A DNA stretch of 64,000 nucleotides. It comes from an uncultured Gammaproteobacteria bacterium. GTDB lineage: Bacteria > Patescibacteriota > Patescibacteriia > Magasanikbacterales > UBA922. Positions 10,867 to 21,346 of the stretch are shown here, one piece after another (position 1 is the first letter of the stretch; the number at the start of each line of letters is the position of its first letter). The DNA lies in assembly GCA_964435035.1 (NCBI GenBank), contig CAYSXR010000003.1:19553-83552 (forward strand), written 5' to 3'. The notes under the pieces are model-generated. The model searched no databases, was not told where the DNA came from, and saw only the letters and a list, made by a program, of their open reading frames with translations. The position numbers and the translations under genes were made by a program.

Positions 10867-11038
10867 AAAAATCTTCGCTATTTTAAAAACGGCCTTGAGC
10901 CGATTTGATGAAATCACTATATCAGAACATATCTTGGTTGTCAAGTTTCTTTATCTATGGACATATCTACTTTATTTCTATATTCTATTTTTAACCTGGT
11001 CAGAGAATCATACTTCAACCCAGGCCGGAGGATTACTC

Positions 11039-11272
11039 ATGAATCATCGCTCGTTCAGAAAGGCACTTCTGGTCGCTAATCCTGATGGGGATGGGACCGT
11101 GGTCGTGACCTTCTATAATAATATCGCGGCTGTCGTTCTCGGATCGGCTGTGGATACGACGGATACGTCGGAGTTCCGCTATCCGGATAGCGGCGGTAGC
11201 ACGAAGAGTGGTCGGTATGAGGATGTGTGGATGGTTCTGCCGTATCATTCGTCCGTGCGTGTTCATCGGTGA
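11039..11272 (+). CDS. Small orphan hypothetical protein (GC-richer single-gene cassette)
   Basis: SD GGAGGA before ATG 11039, upstream TGGACA-17-TATTCT, and a downstream GC hairpin at about 11293-11328. Confidence 0.55.
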   Translation: MNHRSFRKALLVANPDGDGTVVVTFYNNIAAVVLGSAVDTTDTSEFRYPDSGGSTKSGRYEDVWMVLPYHSSVRVHR

Positions 11273-11388
11273 TGTTTTGTCCTTTCTACACTTCGTGTTC
11301 GCCAGCCTTCAGGTTTGGCGAACACGAGTGAACAATACTTATTTTTAGATTAAAAAATAACCCTCCGATTCGGAGGGTTATTTTATTT

Positions 11389-13446
11389 TTAAATATCCAA
11401 GTTTTTTACATTTTTCGCATGAGTCTGGATAAACTTCTTGCGAGGAGCAACTTCTGAGCCCATGAGAATGTCGAATGTCTCAGCTGCTTTCTCAGCATCC
11501 TCAATCGTAATGCGTTTCAATACTCGGTTTTCAGGATTCATGGTGGTTTCCCAGAGTTGCTCTGGGTTCATTTCTCCCAAACCTTTATATCGCTGTACAT
11601 TTAGTTTTGATTTTGCATTTTTTTCTTCTACTTTTGGAGTTTCAGCTATTATTGCTTCACCTTGCTCATCAGTTTCTTCTTCAACTACCTGCAAATCTTC
11701 TTCAGTAATACCGTACTTTTGTTTGTAGGTGGTTAATGCTGCTTCATTGTATATCCAGGTCATTTCTTTTCCTTTTTTGATACTGAATAGGGGAGGTTGT
11801 GCTACAAAGATGTGTCCTTGATATATGAGATCTGGGAAATAACGGAAGAAGAGGGTGAGAAGAAGTGTGCGGATGTGTGATCCGTCGACGTCCGCATCGG
11901 TCATAATAATGATTTTGTGATAGCGTAGTTTTCCGATCTCAAACATTTCTCCAATATTTGTTCCCATTGCGATAATAAGGGATTTCAACTCATTATTGGT
12001 AAGAATTTTGTCGAGTCGGGCGCGCTCTACGTTTAACACTTTTCCACGAAGCGGTAAAATTGCTTGAGTATTACGATCACGACCTTGTTTAGCTGAACCG
12101 CCTGCAGAGTCTCCCTCTACTATATATAGTTCGCAATTTTCTGGTTTTCTACTTGAGCAGTCGGCGAGTTTTCCAGGGAGGGTAAAACCTTCCAATGCAC
12201 TTTTTCGAAGTACGGTGTCCCTGGCCATTTTTGCCGCAGCCCGTGCTTTTGCTGCGATCATACATTGCCCAATGATAGCTTCCGCATCTTTTGGATTTTC
12301 TTCGAGGAAAATAGTGAATTGTTCAGAGAATACTGATTCTACTGCTGGTTTTACTTCTGGATTTCCCAATTTTGCTTTGGTTTGTCCTTCAAATTGAGGG
12401 TTTGGAATTTTTACCGAAATAATAGCTGATAATCCTTCGCGAACATCTTCTCCCGAGAGATTAACATCTTTTTCTTTGAGCATTCCTTTATTTCTCGCAT
12501 ATGTATTGAGTGTGCGAGTGAGAGCTGTTCTGAATCCTGACACATGCATACCCCCATCTGAGTTGATGATGTTGTTTGCAAATGCATGGAGCGATTCAGT
12601 AAAGTCTCCAGTATACTGAAGTGCAATTTCAACGATTACGTCCTCTACTTTTTTTTCTGTATAAAAAATAGTTTCATGTTTTGGTTCTTTGTTTTTATTG
12701 ATGTGGCGGATGTAACTTTCAATTCCACCTTCAAAAAAGAATTGGTGTGTATTTTTTTTGAATGGAAGTGCTGTTTTATCTTTCTTTTTTTCTTCTTCAC
12801 TTCGCTCATCAGTAATGATGATTCGGACTCCTTTATTGAGGTAAGTTTGCTGGCGTAAGTGGTCAATAATATATTTCCATTCGAAATCAATGGTTTCAAA
12901 AATACTACTGTCTGGTCGGAAGGCAATGATGGTACCTGTTGTTTTGGTGGTACCCACAGGTTTTACTTTGCCTTGGGGATCTCCAATTTTGTATTTTTGT
13001 TCCCAGATTTTTCCTTCACGGTGAACGGTGGCAGTAAGATCGGTTGAAAGTGCATTCACGACAGAGACACCTACCCCATGTAGACCTCCTGATACTTTGT
13101 ATCCTCCATCTTCTTCACCAAATTTACCTCCAGCATGGAGGGTGGAGAGTACGATTTCAAGTGCACTTACTTTTTTTATCGGGTGAGGATCGACGGGAAT
13201 ACCACGTCCATTATCGGTGACTTCGATCCAATGGTCGGGGAGGAGGCGAATGGTGATCTCGTCGCAATAACCTGCCATTGCTTCATCAATCGAGTTATCG
13301 ACGACTTCCCAGATGAGATGGTGAAGACCTGCAGCACCAGTTGACCCGATATACATACCCGGGCGTTTGCGCACTGCCTGCAGACCTTCAAGAATTTGAA
13401 TATTTTTTGCACTATATGATGAGTTTACTTTTGCTATTTTTGTCAT
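11389..13446 (-). CDS. gyrB: DNA gyrase subunit B
   Basis: VRKRPGMYIG, EVVDNSIDE, GGLHGVG, EGDSAGG, PLRGK, DADVDG, RYKGLGEM. Confidence 0.97.
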   Translation of the reverse strand: MTKIAKVNSSYSAKNIQILEGLQAVRKRPGMYIGSTGAAGLHHLIWEVVDNSIDEAMAGYCDEITIRLLPDHWIEVTDNGRGIPVDPHPIKKVSALEIVLSTLHAGGKFGEEDGGYKVSGGLHGVGVSVVNALSTDLTATVHREGKIWEQKYKIGDPQGKVKPVGTTKTTGTIIAFRPDSSIFETIDFEWKYIIDHLRQQTYLNKGVRIIITDERSEEEKKKDKTALPFKKNTHQFFFEGGIESYIRHINKNKEPKHETIFYTEKKVEDVIVEIALQYTGDFTESLHAFANNIINSDGGMHVSGFRTALTRTLNTYARNKGMLKEKDVNLSGEDVREGLSAIISVKIPNPQFEGQTKAKLGNPEVKPAVESVFSEQFTIFLEENPKDAEAIIGQCMIAAKARAAAKMARDTVLRKSALEGFTLPGKLADCSSRKPENCELYIVEGDSAGGSAKQGRDRNTQAILPLRGKVLNVERARLDKILTNNELKSLIIAMGTNIGEMFEIGKLRYHKIIIMTDADVDGSHIRTLLLTLFFRYFPDLIYQGHIFVAQPPLFSIKKGKEMTWIYNEAALTTYKQKYGITEEDLQVVEEETDEQGEAIIAETPKVEEKNAKSKLNVQRYKGLGEMNPEQLWETTMNPENRVLKRITIEDAEKAAETFDILMGSEVAPRKKFIQTHAKNVKNLDI

Positions 13447-13604
13447 AGACCACAGATTTTAAGACACTAATTTCACAGATACATACAAATACTTTCGGTG
13501 GCTAGTTTAGCATACGCATATACGAAAGGCAAGCTTGCTTTGAATGAGACTGAGTAATAAAAAGTTAAGTAAAATTGAAATTTTGTGTTATACTAATATA
13601 CATT

Positions 13605-14495
13605 ATGCAGTCTAAAAAACCCTCATTACTTAGCCGCTACGAAGATCCTACTGGAGAATTTTCGAATCAGTCTTTACAGATGGCTACGTGGTACGCGCGA
13701 CATCAATATACACTCAAGAAAATTTTGATGGTATTTCTGGTTGTCTGGAGTGGTGCGACGCTTGGTACAAGTTTGTTTTTTGTAGGTAAATATTTTGTTT
13801 TTGATTATTCAAGAGACCAGACAAATCTTAAAAATTTATCTTTTTCTTATATTTCTCCAGATGTTATTGAGCGCTTTGAGCCACTACCTCTCGCTTTTAC
13901 TTCTCCACAAATATTTTCAGGTATTGAGAATCGGTATGATTTTTTGGTCACTGCGGGAAATCCGAATGATTCCTGGATTGCAACCGTGCGTTATCGATTT
14001 GAATATCCGAATGGAGAAACAACAGAAGCAGAAATGGTACTTTTACCAAAACAAGAGTGGCCACTTGCAATTTTTGGACATGAAGTAGCTACTCGACCAA
14101 CTTCTGCTGATTTTCGCACCCTTTCAGTTTCTTGGAAGCGTATTGATCCACATCTTATTTCTAATCCTTCTTCATACATTTCGGAACGTATTGATGTGTC
14201 TGTTGATGGTTTTGTGTATAGACCTGCTGCCACTTCTCCTCGGCAGGGGGTTCCCACGGTAGAATTTGCGATTACCAATCATTCACTTTTTGATTATTGG
14301 GAATTCTCAGGTGTGGTTGGTCTGATGCGGGGAGGTGAAATAGTAGGCTATTCTCCAATTGTGGTTACAGAGTTCAAGGGCGGTGAAACACGCACTGTGT
14401 CACTCGGTGTTCTTTCGTCGGTTTCCTTGGTCGATTCAGTTACCTTTATTCCACTTTTGAATGTGTTTGACTCGGGTATTTTCATGACACAATAG
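13605..14495 (+). CDS. Hypothetical single-pass membrane protein
   Basis: N-terminal TM helix followed by a beta-rich extracytoplasmic region. Confidence 0.7.
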   Translation: MQSKKPSLLSRYEDPTGEFSNQSLQMATWYARHQYTLKKILMVFLVVWSGATLGTSLFFVGKYFVFDYSRDQTNLKNLSFSYISPDVIERFEPLPLAFTSPQIFSGIENRYDFLVTAGNPNDSWIATVRYRFEYPNGETTEAEMVLLPKQEWPLAIFGHEVATRPTSADFRTLSVSWKRIDPHLISNPSSYISERIDVSVDGFVYRPAATSPRQGVPTVEFAITNHSLFDYWEFSGVVGLMRGGEIVGYSPIVVTEFKGGETRTVSLGVLSSVSLVDSVTFIPLLNVFDSGIFMTQ

Positions 14496-14574
14496 GTCAA
14501 TAGATAAATTTTATAAAACTCTGGTGAGTTTATTTTTTTTGTGTAATCCTGTATTGTGTTGAATACTACATCAT

Positions 14575-15684
14575 ATGATTAATTTTATAGCCAAAACATT
14601 TAGAGGGTACGACGTCATTCTTTTGTTTACCGCAATTGTGCTGTCATGTATTGGGCTTGCCGCAATCTATAGCGTCGATTTGTCTCGTGGTGAGGGATTA
14701 TCATTTTTTTCACGGCAAGTTTTGGCGTTAGGAATCGGACTTGTAGGACTTGTTCTATTGTCGAGATTGCATATTACCTTCTATGAAGCACATTCGCGCG
14801 TGATCTATATCACTGCTTTTGTTCTGTTGGTATTAGTTTTGTTTTTTGGGACTACAATTCGTGGTACAACAGGGTGGTTTCGTTTTTTTGGATTTTCATT
14901 TCAGCCTGCTGAATTTGCAAAAATTGCGTTGGTTATTTTTCTTGCCTGGCGGATCGATCGGCAAGCGAGGCGGTTTCAAACTTGGCAGTTTCTTCTCGTG
15001 ATGACTATTCTTACCGGACTTCTAGCGGGCCTCATCATGCTTCAGCCAGATCTTGGGTCTTCGATGATTCTTGTGGGGGTATGGTTTGGTATGATGCTTC
15101 TTGCTGGAATTCCCAAACGATACACATTCGGGCTTGTTTTTGTGGGAGTTAGTGTTATTGTGATTTCATGGTTTTTTTTGTTTCAGGATTATCAGAAAAA
15201 TCGTATTTTAACCTTCATTAATCCTGAACGAGATCCGTTGGGTTCTGGGTATAATGTGACGCAGTCGATTATCGCGATTGGGGCAGGGGGAATATTTGGT
15301 CGAGGTTTGGGATTTGGTTCACAAAGTCAACTCCACTTTCTTCCTGAAGCACAAACTGACTTTATATTTGCGGTTATTGGGGAAGAACTTGGTTTTGTTG
15401 GCACTTCCCTCCTTCTTATATTGTATGCAGTACTTATTTTTCGTTTAGCAGTCATTGCTCATCAGGCCAGGGGAGAGTTTGCTTCCTATATTGCTCTTGG
15501 TATTGCACTTATTTTTCTTCTGCAGGTAACTATCAATGTGGGGGCTGCGATTGGACTTTTACCTGTAACTGGTGTTACATTACCTCTGGTGAGCTATGGA
15601 GGCTCGTCACTTATTATCAATCTCCTCCTTATTGGAGTTGCTGAGAGCGCTGCTCGAGCGAGCAGACGTACGCTCTTGACTTGA
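14575..15684 (+). CDS. rodA: SEDS family peptidoglycan glycosyltransferase RodA
   Basis: FQPAEFAK, QPDLG, GYNVTQS, LPEAQTDFIF, PLVSYGGSS. Confidence 0.92.
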   Translation: MINFIAKTFRGYDVILLFTAIVLSCIGLAAIYSVDLSRGEGLSFFSRQVLALGIGLVGLVLLSRLHITFYEAHSRVIYITAFVLLVLVLFFGTTIRGTTGWFRFFGFSFQPAEFAKIALVIFLAWRIDRQARRFQTWQFLLVMTILTGLLAGLIMLQPDLGSSMILVGVWFGMMLLAGIPKRYTFGLVFVGVSVIVISWFFLFQDYQKNRILTFINPERDPLGSGYNVTQSIIAIGAGGIFGRGLGFGSQSQLHFLPEAQTDFIFAVIGEELGFVGTSLLLILYAVLIFRLAVIAHQARGEFASYIALGIALIFLLQVTINVGAAIGLLPVTGVTLPLVSYGGSSLIINLLLIGVAESAARASRRTLLT

Positions 15685-15717
15685 GTCTATTCATTTGCTA
15701 TAGTATTGCAGCTTTGT

Positions 15718-16068
15718 ATGGGTCAACCAGCACCACAATTTTCTCTTGACTCGCTTCGCTCCCACTTCAAAGTAATGCGGGAATGTCCCGTATGTGCCAC
15801 GGGCTTTGAACTCGAGCAGATTCGTACGGTCGAGAGTATCAAAGGATCTCATGTGCTGCATGCGACTTGCTCCACCTGCTCAAATTCACTTATTTTCCTT
15901 GTCGGAAGTACTCAGCTCGGCATTGGGCTTATCGGAATGGTATCTGATCTAAGTTTCGATGATAGTGTACGATTTCGACGGAAAGAATCTTTGACCGAGG
16001 ATGAGCTAATCGAGTGCTATCAAGCACTGGGAGAAACTTCAGTCCTCAAACAATTACTTGGAAATTAA
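15718..16068 (+). CDS. Zn-ribbon hypothetical protein
   Basis: CPVC...HATCSTC, with its own promoter TTGACT(15676)-17-TATAGT. Confidence 0.7.
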   Translation: MGQPAPQFSLDSLRSHFKVMRECPVCATGFELEQIRTVESIKGSHVLHATCSTCSNSLIFLVGSTQLGIGLIGMVSDLSFDDSVRFRRKESLTEDELIECYQALGETSVLKQLLGN

Positions 16069-16104
16069 TTTTATATATATTTTTCACCCGTTTACTGTAT
16101 TTAT

Positions 16105-16782
16105 ATGACGTATTCACTTACACTCAAAAATCGTTCAACAAAAAAACTTGCTGAACTCCGCCTTGCAGGATTCTTGCCAGGAGTAATGTATGGTCCACAT
16201 CGAGAGCCAATGCCTGTATCTGTTTCTTTGGTTGAATTTGGTAAATTATACAAGACCGCTGGAGAATCAAGTTTGGTTGATGTGATGATAGAAGGTGCGA
16301 AAGATTCAGTAAAAGCTTTGATTCAGGACGTACAATATGATCCAGTCAAAGGATCATTGATCCATTTTGATCTTCGTGAAATCAACATGAACGAAGAGAT
16401 GACCGCAACTGTACAGCTTGTATTCGTGGGCGAAGCTGCGGCTGTAAAAGAACTCGGTGGAACGCTTATGAAGCCACATGGAGAAGTGGAAGTAAAATGT
16501 CTTCCTAAAGATTTGGTAAGTCAGCTCGAAGTGGATTTGAGTATTTTGAAGAGTTTTGAAGATGCAATATTTGTAGGAGATTTGAAATTACCAGCTGGAT
16601 TGACGATTGTTGATAATAAAGAACAGTTGGTTGCCAAAGTTACTCCTCCACTTTCTGAAGATGAACTTAAAGCAATGGAAGCCGCACCAGTGGCAACACC
16701 TGCACTTGAAGAAATTGAAGTTGAAAAGAAAGGAAAGAAAGAGGAAGAGGGGGAAGCTGGAGAGACTGCCGAGAAAAAATAA
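16105..16782 (+). CDS. rplY: 50S ribosomal protein bL25/Ctc
   Basis: LPGVMYG, QDVQYDPV, HFDL and an acidic tail. Confidence 0.95.
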   Translation: MTYSLTLKNRSTKKLAELRLAGFLPGVMYGPHREPMPVSVSLVEFGKLYKTAGESSLVDVMIEGAKDSVKALIQDVQYDPVKGSLIHFDLREINMNEEMTATVQLVFVGEAAAVKELGGTLMKPHGEVEVKCLPKDLVSQLEVDLSILKSFEDAIFVGDLKLPAGLTIVDNKEQLVAKVTPPLSEDELKAMEAAPVATPALEEIEVEKKGKKEEEGEAGETAEKK

Positions 16783-16821
16783 TACACTTTATAAAACCGC
16801 CAGTACTGCTGAGCGGTTTTT

Positions 16822-16902
16822 AAATTATTCTAATTGTTCTAATTATTCTAAAACTGAGATTTATTTAGGGTACTTAGGTTAATTAGTATAATTAGAATAA
16901 TT
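16822..16902. repeat. Inverted 9-mer tandem repeat element, family B (AATTATTCT)n...(AGAATAATT)
   Basis: AATTATTCT AATTGTTCT AATTATTCT arm with a degenerate inverse arm. Related copy at 29602-29715. Confidence 0.7.
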
Positions 16903-16945
16903 TCTCTGGTAATCGGTATTCTGTTGCGCTATACTTTGAATTATT

Positions 16946-18013
16946 ATGAAAAAAATAAGTTTCTATATTGGAAAACGTGAAATACAGCTTCTGCATATTG
17001 CTTCCGCCGTATTCTTTATCTCGGGGATTGCATTATTAGTGTGGTTTTTTGTGCATGCGAATTATCGTGTATCTGCATGGACTGATGAAGATTTTGTTCC
17101 AGAAGAAGCTCGTGTGGTTTGTGCACCGCGTATTATTGATGGAGAATGTATAACTCCTGGGAATGAGAAACCTAAGCTGGTTGCAGTCATGATTGAGAAT
17201 CATCTGGATGCTCGACCTCAATCAGGTTTGTCTCGTGCTGCTGTAGTATATGAAGCGCCTGTGGAAGGAAATTATTCTCGATTTATGGCAATATTTCCTC
17301 TTGGTGAGGAAGTAGAAAAAGTGGGGCCAGTTAGAAGTGCACGACCTTATTTTCTTGATTGGGCGCGTGAATTCGGAAAACCAATGTATATGCATGTGGG
17401 AGGATCTCCTGATGCACTTCAAGAACTTCGAAGTAGTACTTATTTTGATTTCAATGAATTTTCTCGGGGCAGTTATTTTTGGCGCAGTCGTGATCGCTAT
17501 GCGCCACATAATGTATATACGTCGAGTGAGGAATGGGCTCGTGGTTGGGAAGATTTTGGGTCTGAGACGTTTGCTGTTTCAGAAGAAAGTTGGTTGTATG
17601 ATGAAGTGGTATCATGTACAACTGATTGCACTACGTCGATTGTTGCTTCATTTGCTCCGCCGGTATATCGAGCAGAATGGAGATACTCAACTACAACTGA
17701 AAAATATACACGTTATCAATTGAATAAACCGCATGTAGATCAAGATGGTACTCAGATTAGTGCTAATACGGTGGTGGTACAGTACGTACAGACCAAAGTG
17801 TTGGATGCGGAACTTCGAATTGAAATGGATACAGTAGGCGAGGGGAAGGTAATTGTTTTTACTAAAGGAAATAAGGTTGAGGGTACATGGAAAAAAACAA
17901 CCAGAGATAGTAAAACGAGATTTTATGATTTGAGTGGAGCTGAAATTCCGTTTACTCCAGGAAAAATTTGGATTGAAGTGGTGAATCAGGTGGGGGATGT
18001 GGAGTGGGAGTAA
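16946..18013 (+). CDS. DUF3048 domain protein
   Basis: VMIENHLDARPQSGL, VYEAPVEG, GPVRSARPY, APHNVY. Confidence 0.88.
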   Translation: MKKISFYIGKREIQLLHIASAVFFISGIALLVWFFVHANYRVSAWTDEDFVPEEARVVCAPRIIDGECITPGNEKPKLVAVMIENHLDARPQSGLSRAAVVYEAPVEGNYSRFMAIFPLGEEVEKVGPVRSARPYFLDWAREFGKPMYMHVGGSPDALQELRSSTYFDFNEFSRGSYFWRSRDRYAPHNVYTSSEEWARGWEDFGSETFAVSEESWLYDEVVSCTTDCTTSIVASFAPPVYRAEWRYSTTTEKYTRYQLNKPHVDQDGTQISANTVVVQYVQTKVLDAELRIEMDTVGEGKVIVFTKGNKVEGTWKKTTRDSKTRFYDLSGAEIPFTPGKIWIEVVNQVGDVEWE

Positions 18014-18116
18014 AGTCTGAAAGTCAAAAGGGAATCTAAATAAAAAATACCCCTGATTTATCGGGGGTATTTTGTTTTTGAATGGAAGCCGCGGTTGACT
18101 CGAAACCGCGGCTGGT

Positions 18117-18509
18117 CTAACCCCCGTAGAGTGGCGGATCAATGTAGGGTTTGGTGTCTTCTCCCCTCGAAGCGTCTGCCGTCACGATCACGTGATCGGC
18201 TTGAACTCGAAGAGCTCCACCCATCGCCTTCATGAGCGCCTCAACCGCTTCTCTTCTGGTGGCTGAGTCGTACTGCTTGGTGAAGATCACCTCGATTTCG
18301 TATTCTCCGATATTCACCTTATGAACACCTTTGATTTTGAGCAGTGCTCGAATGAGTTCTCCACCTGCAGGTGCACATTTCGCCAGTTGTTCCTCGAGAC
18401 GCTTCTTGCGTGCTCCTTTCTTGATCTCGAGAGGTCTGTCGGTCAGGGGGATGTTCAGGGTGTAGGTGAGTACCTTGTGTTGCTCGTTTACATCAGCGCG
18501 AGGCTTCAT
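18117..18509 (-). CDS. Hypothetical protein resembling the NifU/Nfu N-terminal scaffold domain (GC-richer cassette)
   Basis: LIRALLKIKGVHKVNIG pattern, SD GGAG, promoter TTGACA-17-TATAAG and a downstream hairpin at 18088-18113. Confidence 0.55.
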   Translation of the reverse strand: MKPRADVNEQHKVLTYTLNIPLTDRPLEIKKGARKKRLEEQLAKCAPAGGELIRALLKIKGVHKVNIGEYEIEVIFTKQYDSATRREAVEALMKAMGGALRVQADHVIVTADASRGEDTKPYIDPPLYGG

Positions 18510-18592
18510 CTTTTGCTCCAGTATGGTTGGTATTTTTGTACTTTACTCAATCGAGTCTTTGAGTTAAGTCAAAGAGACTTATATCGTGAATA

Positions 18593-19498
18593 TTAGGATT
18601 TGTCAATCGTGAATGATGTTTTAATCACACGATCATTTCCCATTCCATCTTTGTACACTTCTATTTTTGAATTGGGAAAATTATGTTGAATGTAATTAGA
18701 AAGTTTTGTGGTTTGCGAGGGGTCGATTTCGAAAAATGCAGAAATTTTGAAATTAGAAAATTGAGAAATTAAATTTTTAATTTGATCGAGTAATTCTTTG
18801 TATAATTTGAGTCCATCCTCTTCTGCAACAAGCGCTGAAATAGGTTCATGTTGTATTGTGGGCTCAGTATCAAATTGCTCTTGCGTGAGGTAGGGGAGAT
18901 TGGCAGTGAGTATCAATGAACAATTATCAATTATCAATGAACAATTTTTGATAATAGGTTCAAGGAGGTTGCCTTGGAGAAAGGTAATATTAGCGTTGTG
19001 TTTTTGTGCATTTTTGCGAGCGATTTTAAGTGCATGTTTGGAGATGTCAGTTGCGTATGTGAAGATTGAAGATTGAAGATTGGAAGATTTTAGAATTGAG
19101 ATGGGGATGCAGGCTGAACCGGTGCCTACGTCAATCAAAATTATATTTCTTCGACCCTCAACCCCCTCCTGTCCTCCCCCTAAAAGGGGGAGGGACGCTA
19201 CGGCATGTTCAACCAAAACTTCAGTTTCTGGACGAGGGACGAGTGTGTATTTGTTTACGATGAAGTCTAATCCGTAAAATCCTTTTCGTCCGGTGAGATG
19301 AGCATAGGGGATTCCTTGTGATCGCAATCGGGTAAGACGATTCATTTTCCAATATTGTATTCGGGTGACTTTGTATTCTGGATGTGCAATGATAAACTCA
19401 CGAGGCTTTTTGAGCACGTGCGCCAGTAAAATTTCAGCGTCGAAGCGGTCGATTTTTTTTGTCGCGTTTTGTAGAATTTTAGAAATTTGATGAGTCAT
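18593..19498 (-). CDS. prmC: Release factor glutamine methyltransferase PrmC/HemK with in-frame repeat insertions
   Basis: LVPRPETE, DVGTGS, ANLPY (NPPY variant), HEP. Follows prfA. Confidence 0.92.
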   Translation of the reverse strand: MTHQISKILQNATKKIDRFDAEILLAHVLKKPREFIIAHPEYKVTRIQYWKMNRLTRLRSQGIPYAHLTGRKGFYGLDFIVNKYTLVPRPETEVLVEHAVASLPLLGGGQEGVEGRRNIILIDVGTGSACIPISILKSSNLQSSIFTYATDISKHALKIARKNAQKHNANITFLQGNLLEPIIKNCSLIIDNCSLILTANLPYLTQEQFDTEPTIQHEPISALVAEEDGLKLYKELLDQIKNLISQFSNFKISAFFEIDPSQTTKLSNYIQHNFPNSKIEVYKDGMGNDRVIKTSFTIDKS

Positions 19499-19503
19499 AG
19501 AAA

Positions 19504-19567
19504 AATAAAGATTATAAGATTGTAAGATTTATTATAACTAATCTTTTAATCTTATAATCTTTTAGTC
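19504..19567. repeat. Inverted 8-mer tandem repeat (AAGATTRT)n/(AATCTTWT)n
   Basis: Read directly; fills the prfA-prmC spacer. Confidence 0.7.
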
Positions 19568-19577
19568 CTCGGTTAAT

Positions 19578-20636
19578 TTAGGTGTCCAGTTCTTTGTAAT
19601 CCTCAGTGCGAATCGCTTCTATTACTGGCTCCAAATTTCCATTCATAATTTCTGGAATATTGTTCCAGCTTTGGTGTATGCGATGGTCGGTGATTCGGTC
19701 TTGAGGAATATTATATGTCCGTATTTTTTCACTGCGGTCGCCGGTTCCAATTTGGCTTTTTCGTTTTGCATCGAGTGCCGCTTGTTTCTTTTCCCGCTCC
19801 ATTTCATAGAGACGTGCACGGAGTACGTTCATTGCTTTGATTCTATTTTGAATTTGCGATCTCTCGTCTTGGCACTGTGCGACGAGTCCACTCGGGATGT
19901 GAGTGATGCGCACGGCACTGTAGGTAGTGTTTACACTTTGTCCACCTTTTCCACCTGCACAAAAGGTATCGATTCGAAGATCACTAGGATTGATTTCTAC
20001 TTCAGTTTCTTCAATTTCAGGTAATATTGCAACACTTGCAGTCGAGGTGTGGATTCTTCCACTTTTTTCAGTTTCTGGGATACGTTGTACACGGTGTACA
20101 CCCATTTCATATTTCATGTCTTTGTATACATTCTGTCCTTCCATTGAAAATATGACTTCTTTGTATCCACCGATTCCGATTTGGTGTTCATCAATCAAAA
20201 ATGTTTTCCATTTTTTATTTTCTGCATAGCGCATATACATACGAAGTAGGTCACCTGCAAATAGTGCAGCCTCGTCTCCACCAGCTCCGGCGCGGATTTC
20301 AATAATAACGTTTTTCTTATCCATCGGGTCGCTTGGACGTGTCGCCTCAGCAAGTGTTTTTTCGAGTGATTCTCTTTGTGTAATAAGCGTTGGAAGTTCG
20401 GATTCTGCAAGAGTTACTAGATCAGGATCTTCGGCTGCTTTTATTAATGCTTCGTATTCTGTAATTGTTGATTCATTCTTTTCTAATTCAGTAATATGTT
20501 CGACCGCAGATTTCAATTCATTATATTCTTGAGACACTGATTTCAATTTTTTTTGGTCACCAAGAATAGCCGGATTTTGTAGATCTGCTTCGAGTGAGAG
20601 ATATTTTGTTTTTAAGTCGATGTATTTTTGAAGCAT
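19578..20636 (-). CDS. prfA: Peptide chain release factor 1
   Basis: [14 protein letters not shown] anticodon motif, [12 protein letters not shown]. Confidence 0.97.
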   Translation of the reverse strand: MLQKYIDLKTKYLSLEADLQNPAILGDQKKLKSVSQEYNELKSAVEHITELEKNESTITEYEALIKAAEDPDLVTLAESELPTLITQRESLEKTLAEATRPSDPMDKKNVIIEIRAGAGGDEAALFAGDLLRMYMRYAENKKWKTFLIDEHQIGIGGYKEVIFSMEGQNVYKDMKYEMGVHRVQRIPETEKSGRIHTSTASVAILPEIEETEVEINPSDLRIDTFCAGGKGGQSVNTTYSAVRITHIPSGLVAQCQDERSQIQNRIKAMNVLRARLYEMEREKKQAALDAKRKSQIGTGDRSEKIRTYNIPQDRITDHRIHQSWNNIPEIMNGNLEPVIEAIRTEDYKELDT

Positions 20637-20802
20637 AGGACATGCGAATTACGAATGGTACGAATTTACGAATATGAGAGAAGAGAACTAATCCGTTCCA
20701 ATCCGTTAAATCCGTGTTATCCGTGTTCTATTAAACGTTAGTATACTCATAAACAGTAAACAAAAACAGGCCTAAGATGACCTGTCTTTTTAATTACGAT
20801 AG

Positions 20803-21141
20803 CTAGGCTGCTTTTGGTTTTGCGTCTTCTTTTGCTTGTCTGGCAGTTGCTCGTGCAGCAGTTTTTACTTTCTTTCCTTTGCGAGTTTCTGAGGCAGCTT
20901 TTTGTCTTTCTGCTTTTTCTTTGAATTTTTCTACGCGGCGTGCAGTGTCTACAAACACCTGCTTACCCGTGAAGAATGGGTGAGAAGCAGATGAAATTTC
21001 AATATTGATTTCGTAATGTTTTACACCATCAATTTCTCGGGTTTTTTCCGATTTGAGGGTTGAAGTGGTGATAAATTCAGCATTTCCTGAATTATCGATA
21101 AATACCACTGGATGTACGTCTGGATGAGTTTTTTGTTTCAT
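20803..21141 (-). CDS. rpmE2: 50S ribosomal protein bL31 type B (Cys-free)
   Basis: HPDVHPVVFID...EISSASHPFFTGKQ...RVEKF, with no CxxC. Confidence 0.92.
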   Translation of the reverse strand: MKQKTHPDVHPVVFIDNSGNAEFITTSTLKSEKTREIDGVKHYEINIEISSASHPFFTGKQVFVDTARRVEKFKEKAERQKAASETRKGKKVKTAARATARQAKEDAKPKAA

Positions 21142-21346
21142 ACCTTTTTCAAGTCAAATAATAGTAAGCCGGAGTATATCAGTAGACTGTTAGATTGTCA
21201 AGGGCATGTTAAGACATATTTCGTCTTGACAAAAAATGCTTAATTATGTACACTTTGGCTACTTTTATTAATCCCTCAGCTGGGACATATTTTCCTCTGG
21301 TGGCCATTCCATCGGTAGTCTCCGGCGAGGTTAAAGGAAAATGTTT

